This document shows positions 18,552-28,249 of a DNA stretch of 61,136 bases, in pieces. Each line of letters opens with the position of its first letter. Position 1 is the stretch's first letter. Source of the stretch: an uncultured virus (IMG/VR IMGVR_UViG_3300050132_000502) (taxonomy: Duplodnaviria; Heunggongvirae; Uroviricota; Caudoviricetes). Location: IMG/VR virus record IMGVR_UViG_3300050132_000502, one strand, 5' to 3'. Both the position numbers and the translations under genes were made by a program. A model generated the notes under the pieces. That model had not been told where the DNA came from and did no database searches. It saw nothing but the letters and a program-made list of their open reading frames with translations.

Positions 18552-20273
18552 CTAATCGGTAGTTGGTTTTGATGCGGCCTCAAGTCTCCGACGAACTTCA
18601 TTGGCTCTGTCGTAGCCCTTCAAGACGTTGCCGTCTTCATCGGTGATCGGTGGTTGCGGCCGCACGCTCGGACTTTGCCACGGCGCGTCACTTCCTCCAC
18701 CTCCGTCGTCCATCTCCAGTGACGGAGTGTTGGCCGAGATAGTGGCCGCTGATGGTCTCGGGCGCTTCGAGTGACTGATGGGCAGTTTCTTCAGCCACGT
18801 CCCGTACTCCTTGGGGGTGGCGAAGTAGGTCTTCACGATGCCCGGACGCTGGCCCTCGAACTCATAGACCCCGACACCCCTCGACTCTCCGTTGGGCGAG
18901 TCCACGATGTTGAGAGGCACACGGGGCACCGCGTCGGGATCGTTGAGAGCGAGGCGACGGTTGTTGTCGGTCGGCTTGGAGCCGAGGAGCAGTTTGGCCC
19001 CGAGGTTCGCTCGCAGTTCGGTGGGAACTCCGGTAGTGGTGCTCGCCACCTGCGTCGAGGCCACCAAAGAGATGCCCGCAAAGCGGAGTTCACGAGCGAT
19101 CTTGCCGAGGTTGTTGAGGATCGTCGCTTTCATGAGGTTGCGCTCCGCCACCTCCAGCGCCAACGGGTTGTCCTTGGGCACGCCCTTGGGGGTCGGCTCG
19201 GGCATGATGAGTGAGGTTAACTCGTCCACCATCAGCATGAGGGGCTTGACACCATCGGACGCGGGCAACTGGGTCCACTTCTGGACCCCCGCCGCCTGGA
19301 CGATCTTCTTGCGACGGAGACCTTCCTTGTAGACCAGGGTGATGACGCAACACGCAGAAGCGAGGTCGTCTCCCCAGCCGTCGTCGCGAACGAACGGTTG
19401 CCACTCAATGAAGTCGATCCCGCCCTTCACCGCGTCGATGATGCAGAGTTCCCATCCGTTCGCCAGTGCGCCGGTCATCATGGTCATCAGCGTGAGTCCC
19501 TTACCGGCTCCAGTCAGACCACTGATCTGCATGTGAGGAGCGAGCACCATGTCGGTCATCAACTCTGGTCCTGCGCCGCCGCCGGGAGGACCCAGCGTGA
19601 CGCCCAGCGGGATGTGCGACCACTCCTCGTTGGCGAGCACCAGACGACCGTTGCTGTGGCTGAACGGGTACGACTGAATGATCGGGAACGTCGGCGGATC
19701 ACCGGGCAGAATCGACGCCTTGAGAGTCTGCGGATTCACGTCCACGTACCAACCGAGTCGCCCCACGATGGCTGTCGCCACCTCGTCGAGTTTGTCGTCG
19801 TGCTTCGAGGGAACGTAGGACTGCGGCAACACCAGATCGAACCCTTCGTCGGGGCGAGGTGTGATCTTGATGTCCCACGGCTTCGCCCCGAGCACCACCG
19901 CGATAGCCGCACGAGCACGGATTGTCCGTTCGTTCATCTTGGAGAGCGTGGCGCGACCGACGTGGGGCTCAAAGGAGACCATCTGGTAGCCGGGGTTCTG
20001 CTCGGCCATCTTCGCGGCCATCTTCTCACCGTCACCCGCCTTGGTGCCGCGAGGAAGGTGCACGGTGATGCTGTCCTTGCCGACAGAGACTTCGGCGACT
20101 TGTCCTTGGCGAGTCGCGTACGCCTTCTGTGCCTCCAGGTCGATGGAATCGATCTCGAAACCCTCGCCGTAACGTTCGGAAATGCTCGCGGCGAGTGCCT
20201 TGATGTGACGATTGGGATCGAACCCTTCAGGGAGACGCACGGTGACGCGCTCGATCTTCACTAGTCGTCCCAC
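18552..20273 (-). CDS. FtsK/SpoIIIE-family ATPase (no transmembrane segment)
   Basis: HMQISGLTGAGKG (Walker A), IIDAVKGG, LMLMVDEL (Walker B), ARELRFAGISLVASTQ, LRANL. Confidence 0.85.
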   Translation of the reverse strand: MGRLVKIERVTVRLPEGFDPNRHIKALAASISERYGEGFEIDSIDLEAQKAYATRQGQVAEVSVGKDSITVHLPRGTKAGDGEKMAAKMAEQNPGYQMVSFEPHVGRATLSKMNERTIRARAAIAVVLGAKPWDIKITPRPDEGFDLVLPQSYVPSKHDDKLDEVATAIVGRLGWYVDVNPQTLKASILPGDPPTFPIIQSYPFSHSNGRLVLANEEWSHIPLGVTLGPPGGGAGPELMTDMVLAPHMQISGLTGAGKGLTLMTMMTGALANGWELCIIDAVKGGIDFIEWQPFVRDDGWGDDLASACCVITLVYKEGLRRKKIVQAAGVQKWTQLPASDGVKPLMLMVDELTSLIMPEPTPKGVPKDNPLALEVAERNLMKATILNNLGKIARELRFAGISLVASTQVASTTTGVPTELRANLGAKLLLGSKPTDNNRRLALNDPDAVPRVPLNIVDSPNGESRGVGVYEFEGQRPGIVKTYFATPKEYGTWLKKLPISHSKRPRPSAATISANTPSLEMDDGGGGSDAPWQSPSVRPQPPITDEDGNVLKGYDRANEVRRRLEAASKPTTD

Positions 20274-20434
20274 ACGTCGGTCTTGTGGTTTTCGATCTCT
20301 TCGAGATTCCGTTCTTGCTCTCGACGTTTTTTATCGGCGTCGAAGACAACCCACTCTTCGCGGTAGATCGTGAGTCGTCCCCCCGCAGGAGTCACGACCG
20401 AGCGAACGGGCTTGAACTTGGTGGACGTGTCCAT
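20261..20434 (-). CDS. Small hypothetical protein ending LEEIENHKTDVWDD
   Basis: Coupled ORF. Its C-terminus is shared with the upstream gene. Confidence 0.5.
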   Translation of the reverse strand: MDTSTKFKPVRSVVTPAGGRLTIYREEWVVFDADKKRREQERNLEEIENHKTDVWDD

Positions 20435-20472
20435 TAGTCCCACACATCGGTCTTGTGGCTCTCGATTTCTTC
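20267..20472. repeat. 36-bp direct repeat pair (20267-20302 and 20437-20472)
   Basis: gtcccacacRtcggtcttgtggYtYtcgatYtcttc, 4 mismatches. Confidence 0.85.
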
Positions 20473-20610
20473 CAGGTCCCATGCGTCTTGATCTCTCGCG
20501 AGATCATTGATGAAGTCGCTGACGGGTGCGACGAGACTTCTGAGGGTGGTGGAATAGCCAGTGCCGCCGTGGGCCAGGGCTTCGGTGATCTGCTTCATTT
20601 TCATCGTCAT
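20434..20610 (-). CDS. Small hypothetical protein ending LEEIESHKTDVWD
   Basis: Start overlaps the stop of the large FtsK gene. Confidence 0.5.
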   Translation of the reverse strand: MTMKMKQITEALAHGGTGYSTTLRSLVAPVSDFINDLARDQDAWDLEEIESHKTDVWD

Positions 20611-23600
20611 CACCCCTCCCACGTTGCTTCCTTGACCGGTCTCGACCACCCACCAAACTCGTCGTCATCGCTGTCGGTCGACTCTGGTGTGTGGTCAGCG
20701 AAGACGCTCCACACGTCGTCCGATGCGGCCTCCGCAACGCCCGAGGCTACTTCCTCAATGATCGGTTCCGGGGGACTCACTTCTTCTGCGATCACCTCGG
20801 TCACGGCAGGAGTTTCCTCTTCCACGTCGTCGAGAGAGAAGGCGAACTCACCGATGTCGGTCACTTCGTCGTCATCGGTCTTCACTACCTCGCCACCGTC
20901 AACGGGAGAGAAGGCAGTGGCCGCAGGTGCCTTCCTCTTGCGCAGTGCCACGATGTCGATCTTCTCGTCTTCGGGGAGTGGAGTAATACGCTTCGCGAGT
21001 TCTTCGGCAAGTTCTGAAGCGGGCGCGTACCAACCTTGAATCAGTATCCCGGTGCGCACCGCCGACTCCCAAATGGCGCGACCCTTGGGGATGTTCTCAC
21101 CGGGATCGGGAGCCTGGTCGAAGGCTCGGAGCGCGGACATGCGCTCACCCATTGAGGTGTTGCCGATGAGAAGACGTGACATATTTGTTTTGAGATCGCC
21201 GCCACCAGGGATCGAGTCAAGAGTGTTCGCCATCAACTTCTGCGTACCGAGTCCGAGAGCGACACCCGCCGAGCGCGACTCGCGAGCGAGTCTGCCCGTC
21301 ATCATTCCGACGGTGGCACGGTCGTTCTTCTCGGCGATTTGTTCTTGACGTTCGGCTTCGAGAACGGGATCGTCGAGAGGTGACCGGTCGATCTTTTCCG
21401 TCGAGATGATAAGCGAGGTGAACTCGTCAATAAACACAAAGATGGGAGGTGGACGCACCTCGTCCGGCAAATCGTTGATGGACGCCGCGCCGTATTTTGA
21501 GTTGAGGTCCTTGCGACGTTCGACCTCTGCGTAAATCGCCCGCAACGTGAGAGCCGCATCACCAACAGTGGTCGCTATAGCCTTCGCATATGGCTCGATG
21601 AACTTGAAGTCCGCTGCACCTTTTTGAGGGTCGATCACGTAGATGTCGTAGCCCTTGATGGCGGCTCCGTACAAAATGACCTGTGCCGTGACCGACTTAC
21701 CAGAACCAGTCATACCGATGATGGCGACGTGAACATCCGTCGCGGGAACGAACTCCACCGGCTCGCCAGAGACCCCCGTCGCGAAAGCGAGACCCTGTGC
21801 TCGATCCGCCGCCTCGAAGTCCACGGGGATCGGAAAGGAGAGTGGGTTCTCCACACTGGTCTGTACCGTGATGTGTGTCGGTCCATTGTCGGAACTCTGC
21901 ACCTCGATGTAGGCGTTGCCGGTCGCGGTGCGCAACTTTTGGATCGATGACTTGACGATGGACTGATTAAGTCCCGGCGGCAGAGCGAAGTCGAGCACCT
22001 GGACCAACTCGTTAGACGGGAGGTGACCCGTCGAGACCAACGTCGGAACCGAGCCGTTGGTTCCGACCACGCTGGTGAGCAAGAACGCCTGCTCCCAGTT
22101 GAGTGAGGCGACCAGTGCCCGATCCGATTCTTTGGCAACCATCTCGTCGGTAGGTATCGCTCCGAGGTACAAGATGCATCCGTCTTCCGCGTCGGTGACG
22201 CGCACCCACGGGATCGCCAGCATCTCGGCGATGCGAGTGTTGTTCTTTCGGATGTTCGCCGTCGTCACGTCGCCGTAGAGTCGCAGGGAGATAGCCCACG
22301 TGTGCTCCGTCGCCTTCTTGCTAGTGAGTGCCCGCACCGAGGTCACCTCCGGCAACGGCAACTTCAACGTCTTGAAGACTTCGTTCACCACGCCCGCGAG
22401 CACCCACTGGTTAGCCGGAGAGATCGACGGTTCGAGTTTGGAGGGTGTCATCGGCACGTAGTCCATCGACCAGTAGACGCAGAGAGCCTGAGGATGACGG
22501 TCTCCCGGTCGGCCCACGCCGCCGTCCACATCAGGCCATCCAGTCACGGCCACGAACTTGGCTCCGCCGAGCGCGGTCTTCAGGTTGCCCTCGACGTCGC
22601 GGTACTTCTGTGGGTCGATACCTTCGGAGACCGAGAAGGGCATCCGATTGATCTCTGCCCCCGATGTCAACTCGGCGGTTAGGGCCAACGGTGACTGAGC
22701 ACGAGGAGCGTTGACTCCACTCTTCAATGCGTTCTTCCAGATGTTGCGCCAGCGGTCCTGCGTGGCGAGCGAGTCGATGATGGCCGCGTGCTTGGCGTTC
22801 ACCGAGTCGCCTTCGAGCACGCCGAAGTACACCGTGTCGGATCGGTGGTCGATGGCGACATCGGTCTGTGAGAAGCCGATCAGAGTGTCGAGCATCTCCT
22901 CACGCATGTACCACGACGCGCAGTTCGGAGGGAAGTTCCAGTTCGAGCACCAGAGTTGATCGCCGGGACCAGAGGCCGGAGGAGCATCTTCGATCTCTTC
23001 CTTCTTGAGTTCGATCTCCAGCGTGGAGGTCTTCGGACTGTTCTCCTTGAATCGCGTCCACCAACTCTTCGACGGTCCGCTGTGCACGATGTCTGCGGCT
23101 ACATCCTCACCTTCACTGATGAGCGAGAGACGAGCGAGCACCGGCTCGGGGTAGACCGACGCGGTGTGCACGGTCCAGGCCATGCACGAACGAAGCCACC
23201 ACGAGGTCACTTCGGCGGAGGCCGAGGTCACGTCAGGAGTATCCGCCCACTGCGCGATGGCGAACTTGGTGGGACTCCAGGTTCCCGGTTGATCGTCGCG
23301 CTCGGGGACCGAGAGGGTCGCGACCCGTGCCGCTCCGGTCATGGCGACAAACTTGGACTCGAACGCGAGATACTCCGACACATTTTCGTGAGGAAGAATC
23401 TGAAAGGTCTCGACAGTGAGGATGTCTTCGATGACGACTCGTTCGATCAGACGAGGAGGCGGGTCCTTCTTCAGCGGCAACCAATAATTGCCCCACATCA
23501 CTCGTGACTCGCTCAGTTCCTTCCAGGCCACCAGCGACTCTTTGCCCCACGCCGCGACGAAGATGAGCCAACCCACCAAGAGAGCCATAGTGATGATGAA

Positions 23601-24260
23601 GAGAATCGGCGAGATCAACGTGATGCCCGAGGGTTTGTGAGCGTAGACCGCCGCGTTGAGACCGGCGGCGGGCTTCAGCAGAGTGGTCTGAATGGGGTAG
23701 CCGAGTTTCGAGCCGTTCGTCCCGAGTTCGTAGGCCCCGAGGATGCCGAGTCCGAAGCCCAGCACGGCTCCCAGCACGAAGAAGGGAACAGATTTCGCCG
23801 CACCCTTGATCTTGGTGAGCGGGAGTCCAGGGAAGTCCGATCCGAGCACGCTGGCGCGAGCACCCGTGATGGCAAACGAAAGGAAGGCCGCGAGAATCGC
23901 GTTGATCCAGTGCCCGTCGATGGAGGAGATCGCCTTGTCACCCGTACACGGGATGAGAAAGCCGAGGAGACCAAAGAGGATTCCGGTGATCCACGACGAC
24001 TGATTGATGTTCGTGATCGAGCGGAACGGAAAGATCAGTGAGGTCTGCAACTGCTTGGCGTACGAATGGCGTCGCACCGACTTCTCATCGTCAGGATTGA
24101 CCGCGACGTTCGACCATGACGCGAAGACCACTGCGGCCCATAAGACGAACACACCAGGAAGACCAAACCAGATGGCCGCGATCATGCCCGCAAAGCCGAC
24201 CGCCACGATGATGGCCGTCATGTCTTGCGTGGGAGTCGCGGCCTTCCTACGGGTCGCCAT
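20610..24260 (-). CDS. Large membrane-anchored FtsK/SpoIIIE-family ATPase (1216 aa)
   Basis: Several N-terminal TM helices. HVAIIGMTGSGKS, VIDPQKG, IFVFIDEF, ARESRSAGVALGLGTQ. Acidic tail. Confidence 0.88.
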   Translation of the reverse strand: MATRRKAATPTQDMTAIIVAVGFAGMIAAIWFGLPGVFVLWAAVVFASWSNVAVNPDDEKSVRRHSYAKQLQTSLIFPFRSITNINQSSWITGILFGLLGFLIPCTGDKAISSIDGHWINAILAAFLSFAITGARASVLGSDFPGLPLTKIKGAAKSVPFFVLGAVLGFGLGILGAYELGTNGSKLGYPIQTTLLKPAAGLNAAVYAHKPSGITLISPILFIITMALLVGWLIFVAAWGKESLVAWKELSESRVMWGNYWLPLKKDPPPRLIERVVIEDILTVETFQILPHENVSEYLAFESKFVAMTGAARVATLSVPERDDQPGTWSPTKFAIAQWADTPDVTSASAEVTSWWLRSCMAWTVHTASVYPEPVLARLSLISEGEDVAADIVHSGPSKSWWTRFKENSPKTSTLEIELKKEEIEDAPPASGPGDQLWCSNWNFPPNCASWYMREEMLDTLIGFSQTDVAIDHRSDTVYFGVLEGDSVNAKHAAIIDSLATQDRWRNIWKNALKSGVNAPRAQSPLALTAELTSGAEINRMPFSVSEGIDPQKYRDVEGNLKTALGGAKFVAVTGWPDVDGGVGRPGDRHPQALCVYWSMDYVPMTPSKLEPSISPANQWVLAGVVNEVFKTLKLPLPEVTSVRALTSKKATEHTWAISLRLYGDVTTANIRKNNTRIAEMLAIPWVRVTDAEDGCILYLGAIPTDEMVAKESDRALVASLNWEQAFLLTSVVGTNGSVPTLVSTGHLPSNELVQVLDFALPPGLNQSIVKSSIQKLRTATGNAYIEVQSSDNGPTHITVQTSVENPLSFPIPVDFEAADRAQGLAFATGVSGEPVEFVPATDVHVAIIGMTGSGKSVTAQVILYGAAIKGYDIYVIDPQKGAADFKFIEPYAKAIATTVGDAALTLRAIYAEVERRKDLNSKYGAASINDLPDEVRPPPIFVFIDEFTSLIISTEKIDRSPLDDPVLEAERQEQIAEKNDRATVGMMTGRLARESRSAGVALGLGTQKLMANTLDSIPGGGDLKTNMSRLLIGNTSMGERMSALRAFDQAPDPGENIPKGRAIWESAVRTGILIQGWYAPASELAEELAKRITPLPEDEKIDIVALRKRKAPAATAFSPVDGGEVVKTDDDEVTDIGEFAFSLDDVEEETPAVTEVIAEEVSPPEPIIEEVASGVAEAASDDVWSVFADHTPESTDSDDDEFGGWSRPVKEATWEG

Positions 24261-24697
24261 TAACGCACCCGATCAATACCGAGTTGTTTCGTCAGCACTC
24301 GCATAGCCGCGTGGCGGCGCTCCCCATTGTCTGATGAGATGACCAGGTTGGTGTCAACCACGACGGCCACTCCATCGTCGAAGAGAGCCATCGCCGTCGT
24401 CAGCACGTGAGAACCGATGTCCGCCCCCACCACGATGACTTCCTCGAACGCGAGGAGGTTCCTTATGGGCAGTCTCGTTATCACCTCGGGCATGAGCGCC
24501 TGGATGGGCTCTAGGAGTTCGGTGTCCATCTTGAGTTCCTCTAAGTTGCCGACGTACTCTCGGCGGACTAATGCATAGACCGGCTCGTGGTCATGATCGA
24601 CCTCGCGATAGATGCGCTGGGAGAGTTCGCGCAGTTCGTCGGTTGCGGCATCGTGCGTCATGTCCACCACGACCCAGCAACGGTTGACGGTTCCCAT
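24260..24697 (-). CDS. Isochorismatase/nicotinamidase-fold protein, degenerate
   Basis: VVVDM at the N-terminus and EEVIVVGADIGSHVLTTAMALFDDG, with His at the usual catalytic Cys position. Confidence 0.5.
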   Translation of the reverse strand: MGTVNRCWVVVDMTHDAATDELRELSQRIYREVDHDHEPVYALVRREYVGNLEELKMDTELLEPIQALMPEVITRLPIRNLLAFEEVIVVGADIGSHVLTTAMALFDDGVAVVVDTNLVISSDNGERRHAAMRVLTKQLGIDRVR

Positions 24698-24704
24698 GAC
24701 GCTC

Positions 24705-25298
24705 CTACGGGTTGATGACGAGTGGATAGAGTGCGGCGATGATCTGTTGGTTGGCGGGCTTGAGCCGACGCAAGGCGTGCTTGGCTCTGTGCGCGGGGAC
24801 GGCCCGCGCTCCACGTGCGTTGTAGAAGTGCAGGTTGACCGAACCGCTGGAGGGCCAGACGAAGAGGAACGATCCGGCGATGTGATACTTCACGCCCTTG
24901 TCGCGGAGAATTTTCGTGACGAAGTTGTTCGCCCACTCCATTGTCTTCTTGTCGAGGTGAGGAACCTTCTTGAGTCCACGACGGGTCGTGCCACCGAGCG
25001 TCCAGTAGAACCCTGGTTTCCACGTCTTGGTGTCGATGATGTAGACCGTATTGCCGCTGATGAGTATGTGGTCGATGTTGGCGTCGCGAGTGCCGCCACT
25101 GCGGTTGGTGCTGGAGAGTCGAAGGTCGTGGAGAACCGTGGGTCCACCGTTGCGACAAAGAGGATCGAGAAGTTCGAGCGCGGTACGAATCTCTGCTCGT
25201 GCTCCGATGTCCGCCGTAGTCCCGAATTTCTTCTGAAGGTCAAGTGAGCCAAGACTTCCGCCAGGGTGCCCGATGATCTGAGGGTACATGCGATCCAT
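24705..25298 (-). CDS. NERD-domain (nuclease-related) protein
   Basis: GARAE...VLHDL...NIDHILISGNTVYIIDTKTW. Confidence 0.8.
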   Translation of the reverse strand: MDRMYPQIIGHPGGSLGSLDLQKKFGTTADIGARAEIRTALELLDPLCRNGGPTVLHDLRLSSTNRSGGTRDANIDHILISGNTVYIIDTKTWKPGFYWTLGGTTRRGLKKVPHLDKKTMEWANNFVTKILRDKGVKYHIAGSFLFVWPSSGSVNLHFYNARGARAVPAHRAKHALRRLKPANQQIIAALYPLVINP

Positions 25299-25371
25299 AA
25301 GCGTCAGTGACTCCGTCTACTGGAGAACCAGTGGACTCAGTGTACTGCCGAGGTCTTACAAAAGGTGGTTT

Positions 25372-26271
25372 CTAGCCGATGAGGTCGTAGTGCTCGTAGC
25401 CCGATATCTCGGCGGGTCCGTAGAGGTGAGCGTGTGGCCCGTGAAGAGAAGCGTGACCAGAAATCCTGGCTTCGTCACCCACGGTCGCTCCATCAAACAC
25501 ACCCGCGTGCTGGAAGACCTTGGCACTACCGTAGATGTCGGACCCATCGGATACCGTGGCGAATCCACTGACCGACGCGTTCTCGCGAACGACACTCTTG
25601 TTGAGCACCCGCGCTTCCTTCGCCACCACCGCGTGATCTTGGACGGTGGAGTCATGGACGAGCGCATTGTCGGTGACGATGGCGTCGCCGGAGATGATCG
25701 ACTGACCAGTCACTCGGGCGTTCGCCGTGACCTCTGCCGCATCACAGACCTTGGCGTCTTGACCGACGAAGGCCGTGTTCTCGACGAACGCGGTGTTCGC
25801 GACCCAGCCTTTTCCGTTGATGTGCTGACGTGCGGGAACAGGTCCGTTACCGAAGTCGAAGTGTGCCCCATCGAAGGCTCCGAACTGACCAAGGACTTGA
25901 CGAATCTCAGAAACCACGTCGCCTCGACCTTCGCCACCAATATGCCACGCAAACTCTTCTAAGGGTCGTTGGTCTCGGTCGTCGAAGTCGTAGATCGTGG
26001 CGACACCCGCCGGGGTATCGAGATACCACATGGCGGTGCTCTTGTCTCGGTCGTCACTCTCGTCGTCGAACTGCGGCGGGCCAAAGACTTGCACCAGTTT
26101 GGCGTACGTGGTTTCGACGTTGCCGACCAGACTCGTGCCGTTGACTTGATCGTACGAAACCGCCGAGAATCCTTCGGGCATGACGTGCGTAGCCAGGTCG
26201 ATGCCGTCGGGCTTGCGGTCTTCCGCGAACTGTCCTCCGACTGGGGTGCCCTTGGGCTGACGTGTAGTCAT
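25372..26271 (-). CDS. Leader-tagged protein: RQPKG..GGQF leader + phage-type middle domain + hexapeptide beta-helix
   Basis: Starts MTTRQPKGTPVGGQFAEDRKPDGIDL after a GAAGGAG RBS. C-terminal [AV]xVxxxA hexapeptide repeats. Confidence 0.8.
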   Translation of the reverse strand: MTTRQPKGTPVGGQFAEDRKPDGIDLATHVMPEGFSAVSYDQVNGTSLVGNVETTYAKLVQVFGPPQFDDESDDRDKSTAMWYLDTPAGVATIYDFDDRDQRPLEEFAWHIGGEGRGDVVSEIRQVLGQFGAFDGAHFDFGNGPVPARQHINGKGWVANTAFVENTAFVGQDAKVCDAAEVTANARVTGQSIISGDAIVTDNALVHDSTVQDHAVVAKEARVLNKSVVRENASVSGFATVSDGSDIYGSAKVFQHAGVFDGATVGDEARISGHASLHGPHAHLYGPAEISGYEHYDLIG

Positions 26272-26292
26272 GTGGTCTCCTTCACTCTTCAC

Positions 26293-26301
26293 TATGGGTG
26301 C
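26293..26301 (-). promoter_or_regulatory. GCACCCATA motif upstream of a leader-tagged gene
   Basis: The identical 9-mer occurs at 32252-32260 and 38772-38780, each just upstream of a leader-tagged start. Confidence 0.6.
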
Positions 26302-26387
26302 GACTTCACCAGAAGTAGAATCGTCCTATTGGGCATGTTGGGGAGAGGGCATAGAAGATGCCGTGGTGTCCTCTGTCTCTACCCTAA

Positions 26388-26891
26388 CTACGGGTGCGAA
26401 CGGCTAGAGCGCCAGCGACCGAAGTGCCCTGAGGGAAAGAAATCATCGACGTATTCGCTCTCCAGTTGAAAGCCGAACTTGGCTGCGAGTATCGCCATCT
26501 CGACGTTGCGACACGCGATCTCGGTCTCTATCGACGTGACGAAAAATGATTTGCACCACTCCATGCTCCTTGCTATGAGCGATGAGCCCACACCTTCTCC
26601 ACGAACCGAGCAGTAGAGACCCCCGAAGTGAGCACGATGATCCCCTAGCAAGGTCACGTACGCAGTACCGAGAAGTCCGTCAACGTCATCACTCTCGACA
26701 ACCAGAACGTGCGTGCGTGCACCGTCGTTGATTCTTTCGAGCACCTTGGACGACGTGGCGTTAGCGGTCCGCCATCGATTGAGTTCCTCTGACGTCCCCT
26801 CGGTACCGACGCCACTGGCGGACCCCGCAAGGATCAACGTCGAGATGGACTGAGCGTCAAGGACCGTTGCTGGTCGAACGTGATGCTCCAC
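26388..26891 (-). CDS. GNAT-family acetyltransferase
   Basis: VRPATVLDA...RGEGVGSSL (motif A)...N..A...KFGF. Confidence 0.75.
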   Translation of the reverse strand: MEHHVRPATVLDAQSISTLILAGSASGVGTEGTSEELNRWRTANATSSKVLERINDGARTHVLVVESDDVDGLLGTAYVTLLGDHRAHFGGLYCSVRGEGVGSSLIARSMEWCKSFFVTSIETEIACRNVEMAILAAKFGFQLESEYVDDFFPSGHFGRWRSSRSHP

Positions 26892-26893
26892 CT

Positions 26894-28249
26894 CTAGCCC
26901 GTGTAGGTGACAGTGAAACTAGTGCCGTCGTATGGTCCGGGTACCGAAACAGGAACGCCATTAATGACGCCGTTGAGCGTCACCTCCCAAGCGTCATTAT
27001 CGGGAAGTACACCATTCGGAGTTACCTTGAGATTGGTGAAGGTCACACTCCCGTAGTTGGGAAACGCCTCTAGCGAATTCGTGGTCGCGCTCGTGACATC
27101 TTCTTGAATCCACTCTGCCGTATCTCCACCTGAGTACGAGTCGTTGGTCGCGTAGCCCTGGATACTGCCTACTGCATCGTCGGTCGAGATGTTGACGACC
27201 TCCCACGCATCTCCGGCGACAAACTCACCCGCGAGACCAGTGGTGGTGTCTTCGAGCAGTGTGACCCATTGACCATTCTCATAACCAACTCCCGCAATCA
27301 TGGAGTCTCCGGCGCTGACGGGGAAGTTCGAGAACGACTCACTGTGATTTGGGGTCATCGGATAGATTTCCCAAAATCCGTAATTCTCTTGAACGCCACC
27401 GACACACTCTTCGTTGACTCCAGTTTGGATCAGCGCACTGTCAATGCCACCTATCCCAACCCATGTTCCGGTTGACCCGTTAGGAGTCGCCGCGCAGTTC
27501 AGAGTCGGCACCGTGAAGTCACCGGATACCAACGTCGCTGGTCCTCCAGTTGGAAGCACGTAGCCGGACCAGTTCGACGAAGTTGTTCCAGTGAACCCAC
27601 TAGTCGGTGTCGTCGCGGTCCACTGCGCGTAGAAGGTGGCGCTCGTCGTGAAGTCCACCACCTCGCCATCAGTGAAACTCGTGCCACTTCCATTCGCCGA
27701 CGTGTTCCATCCGCTGAAGGTGTACCCGGTCTGAGTGAAGGTATTGATGGTCAATGCTGTCGAGGTGTCTACCGTCTCGATCTCGGGAGCCATGATCCCG
27801 ATGCCGCCATTGGCGTTGAAGGTGATGGTTGCCGTTGTGCCGGTCGTTGTCGTCGTAGGCGGAGTAGTCACGGGAGCGGTCGGGGTGACCGAAGCCGACG
27901 GAGCCGAATAGGTGCCTCTTCCGAACTTGTTGACTGCCGCGACCGAAAAGCGGTAGCCAACTCCGTTGGGCAAACCCGGTATGGAGCACCGTGTCCCCGC
28001 GCAGCGATGGATGGCTGCGTTCGTGCCGAGTTCCTTGACGTAGTAAACGGTGATCCGCGAGTCGCCACTGGAGGCTGGCACGCTCCAGGTCACGGTGGCG
28101 GAGTTGTCGCCCGCTACTGCCCTCACGTCACGAGGAGCACTGGGCTTTGCTGCGGTCGCTGCGGACGACACGGTGGAGAAGGCGAAGAGTCCGGCGCAAG
28201 AGATCGCCACCGTGATGGTCAGCCTGCTGAGAAGGTGATGTTTCATCAC
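26894..28249 (-). CDS. Secreted G1-family glutamic peptidase with FN3 and InlB B-repeat domains
   Basis: Signal peptide. FN3 (PSAP...VTWSVP..G.S.ITVY). ITFNANGG...TGYTFSGWNT. SSNWSGY, WVGIGG, LIQTG, TAEWIQE. Confidence 0.85.
   Translation of the reverse strand: MMKHHLLSRLTITVAISCAGLFAFSTVSSAATAAKPSAPRDVRAVAGDNSATVTWSVPASSGDSRITVYYVKELGTNAAIHRCAGTRCSIPGLPNGVGYRFSVAAVNKFGRGTYSAPSASVTPTAPVTTPPTTTTTGTTATITFNANGGIGIMAPEIETVDTSTALTINTFTQTGYTFSGWNTSANGSGTSFTDGEVVDFTTSATFYAQWTATTPTSGFTGTTSSNWSGYVLPTGGPATLVSGDFTVPTLNCAATPNGSTGTWVGIGGIDSALIQTGVNEECVGGVQENYGFWEIYPMTPNHSESFSNFPVSAGDSMIAGVGYENGQWVTLLEDTTTGLAGEFVAGDAWEVVNISTDDAVGSIQGYATNDSYSGGDTAEWIQEDVTSATTNSLEAFPNYGSVTFTNLKVTPNGVLPDNDAWEVTLNGVINGVPVSVPGPYDGTSFTVTYTG

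Noticed and set aside
18552..24260. Calling the FtsK pair a type VII secretion system
   Set aside because: No WXG100 substrate, mycosin or EccB/EccD homologue is visible, and each protein shows a single ATPase domain.
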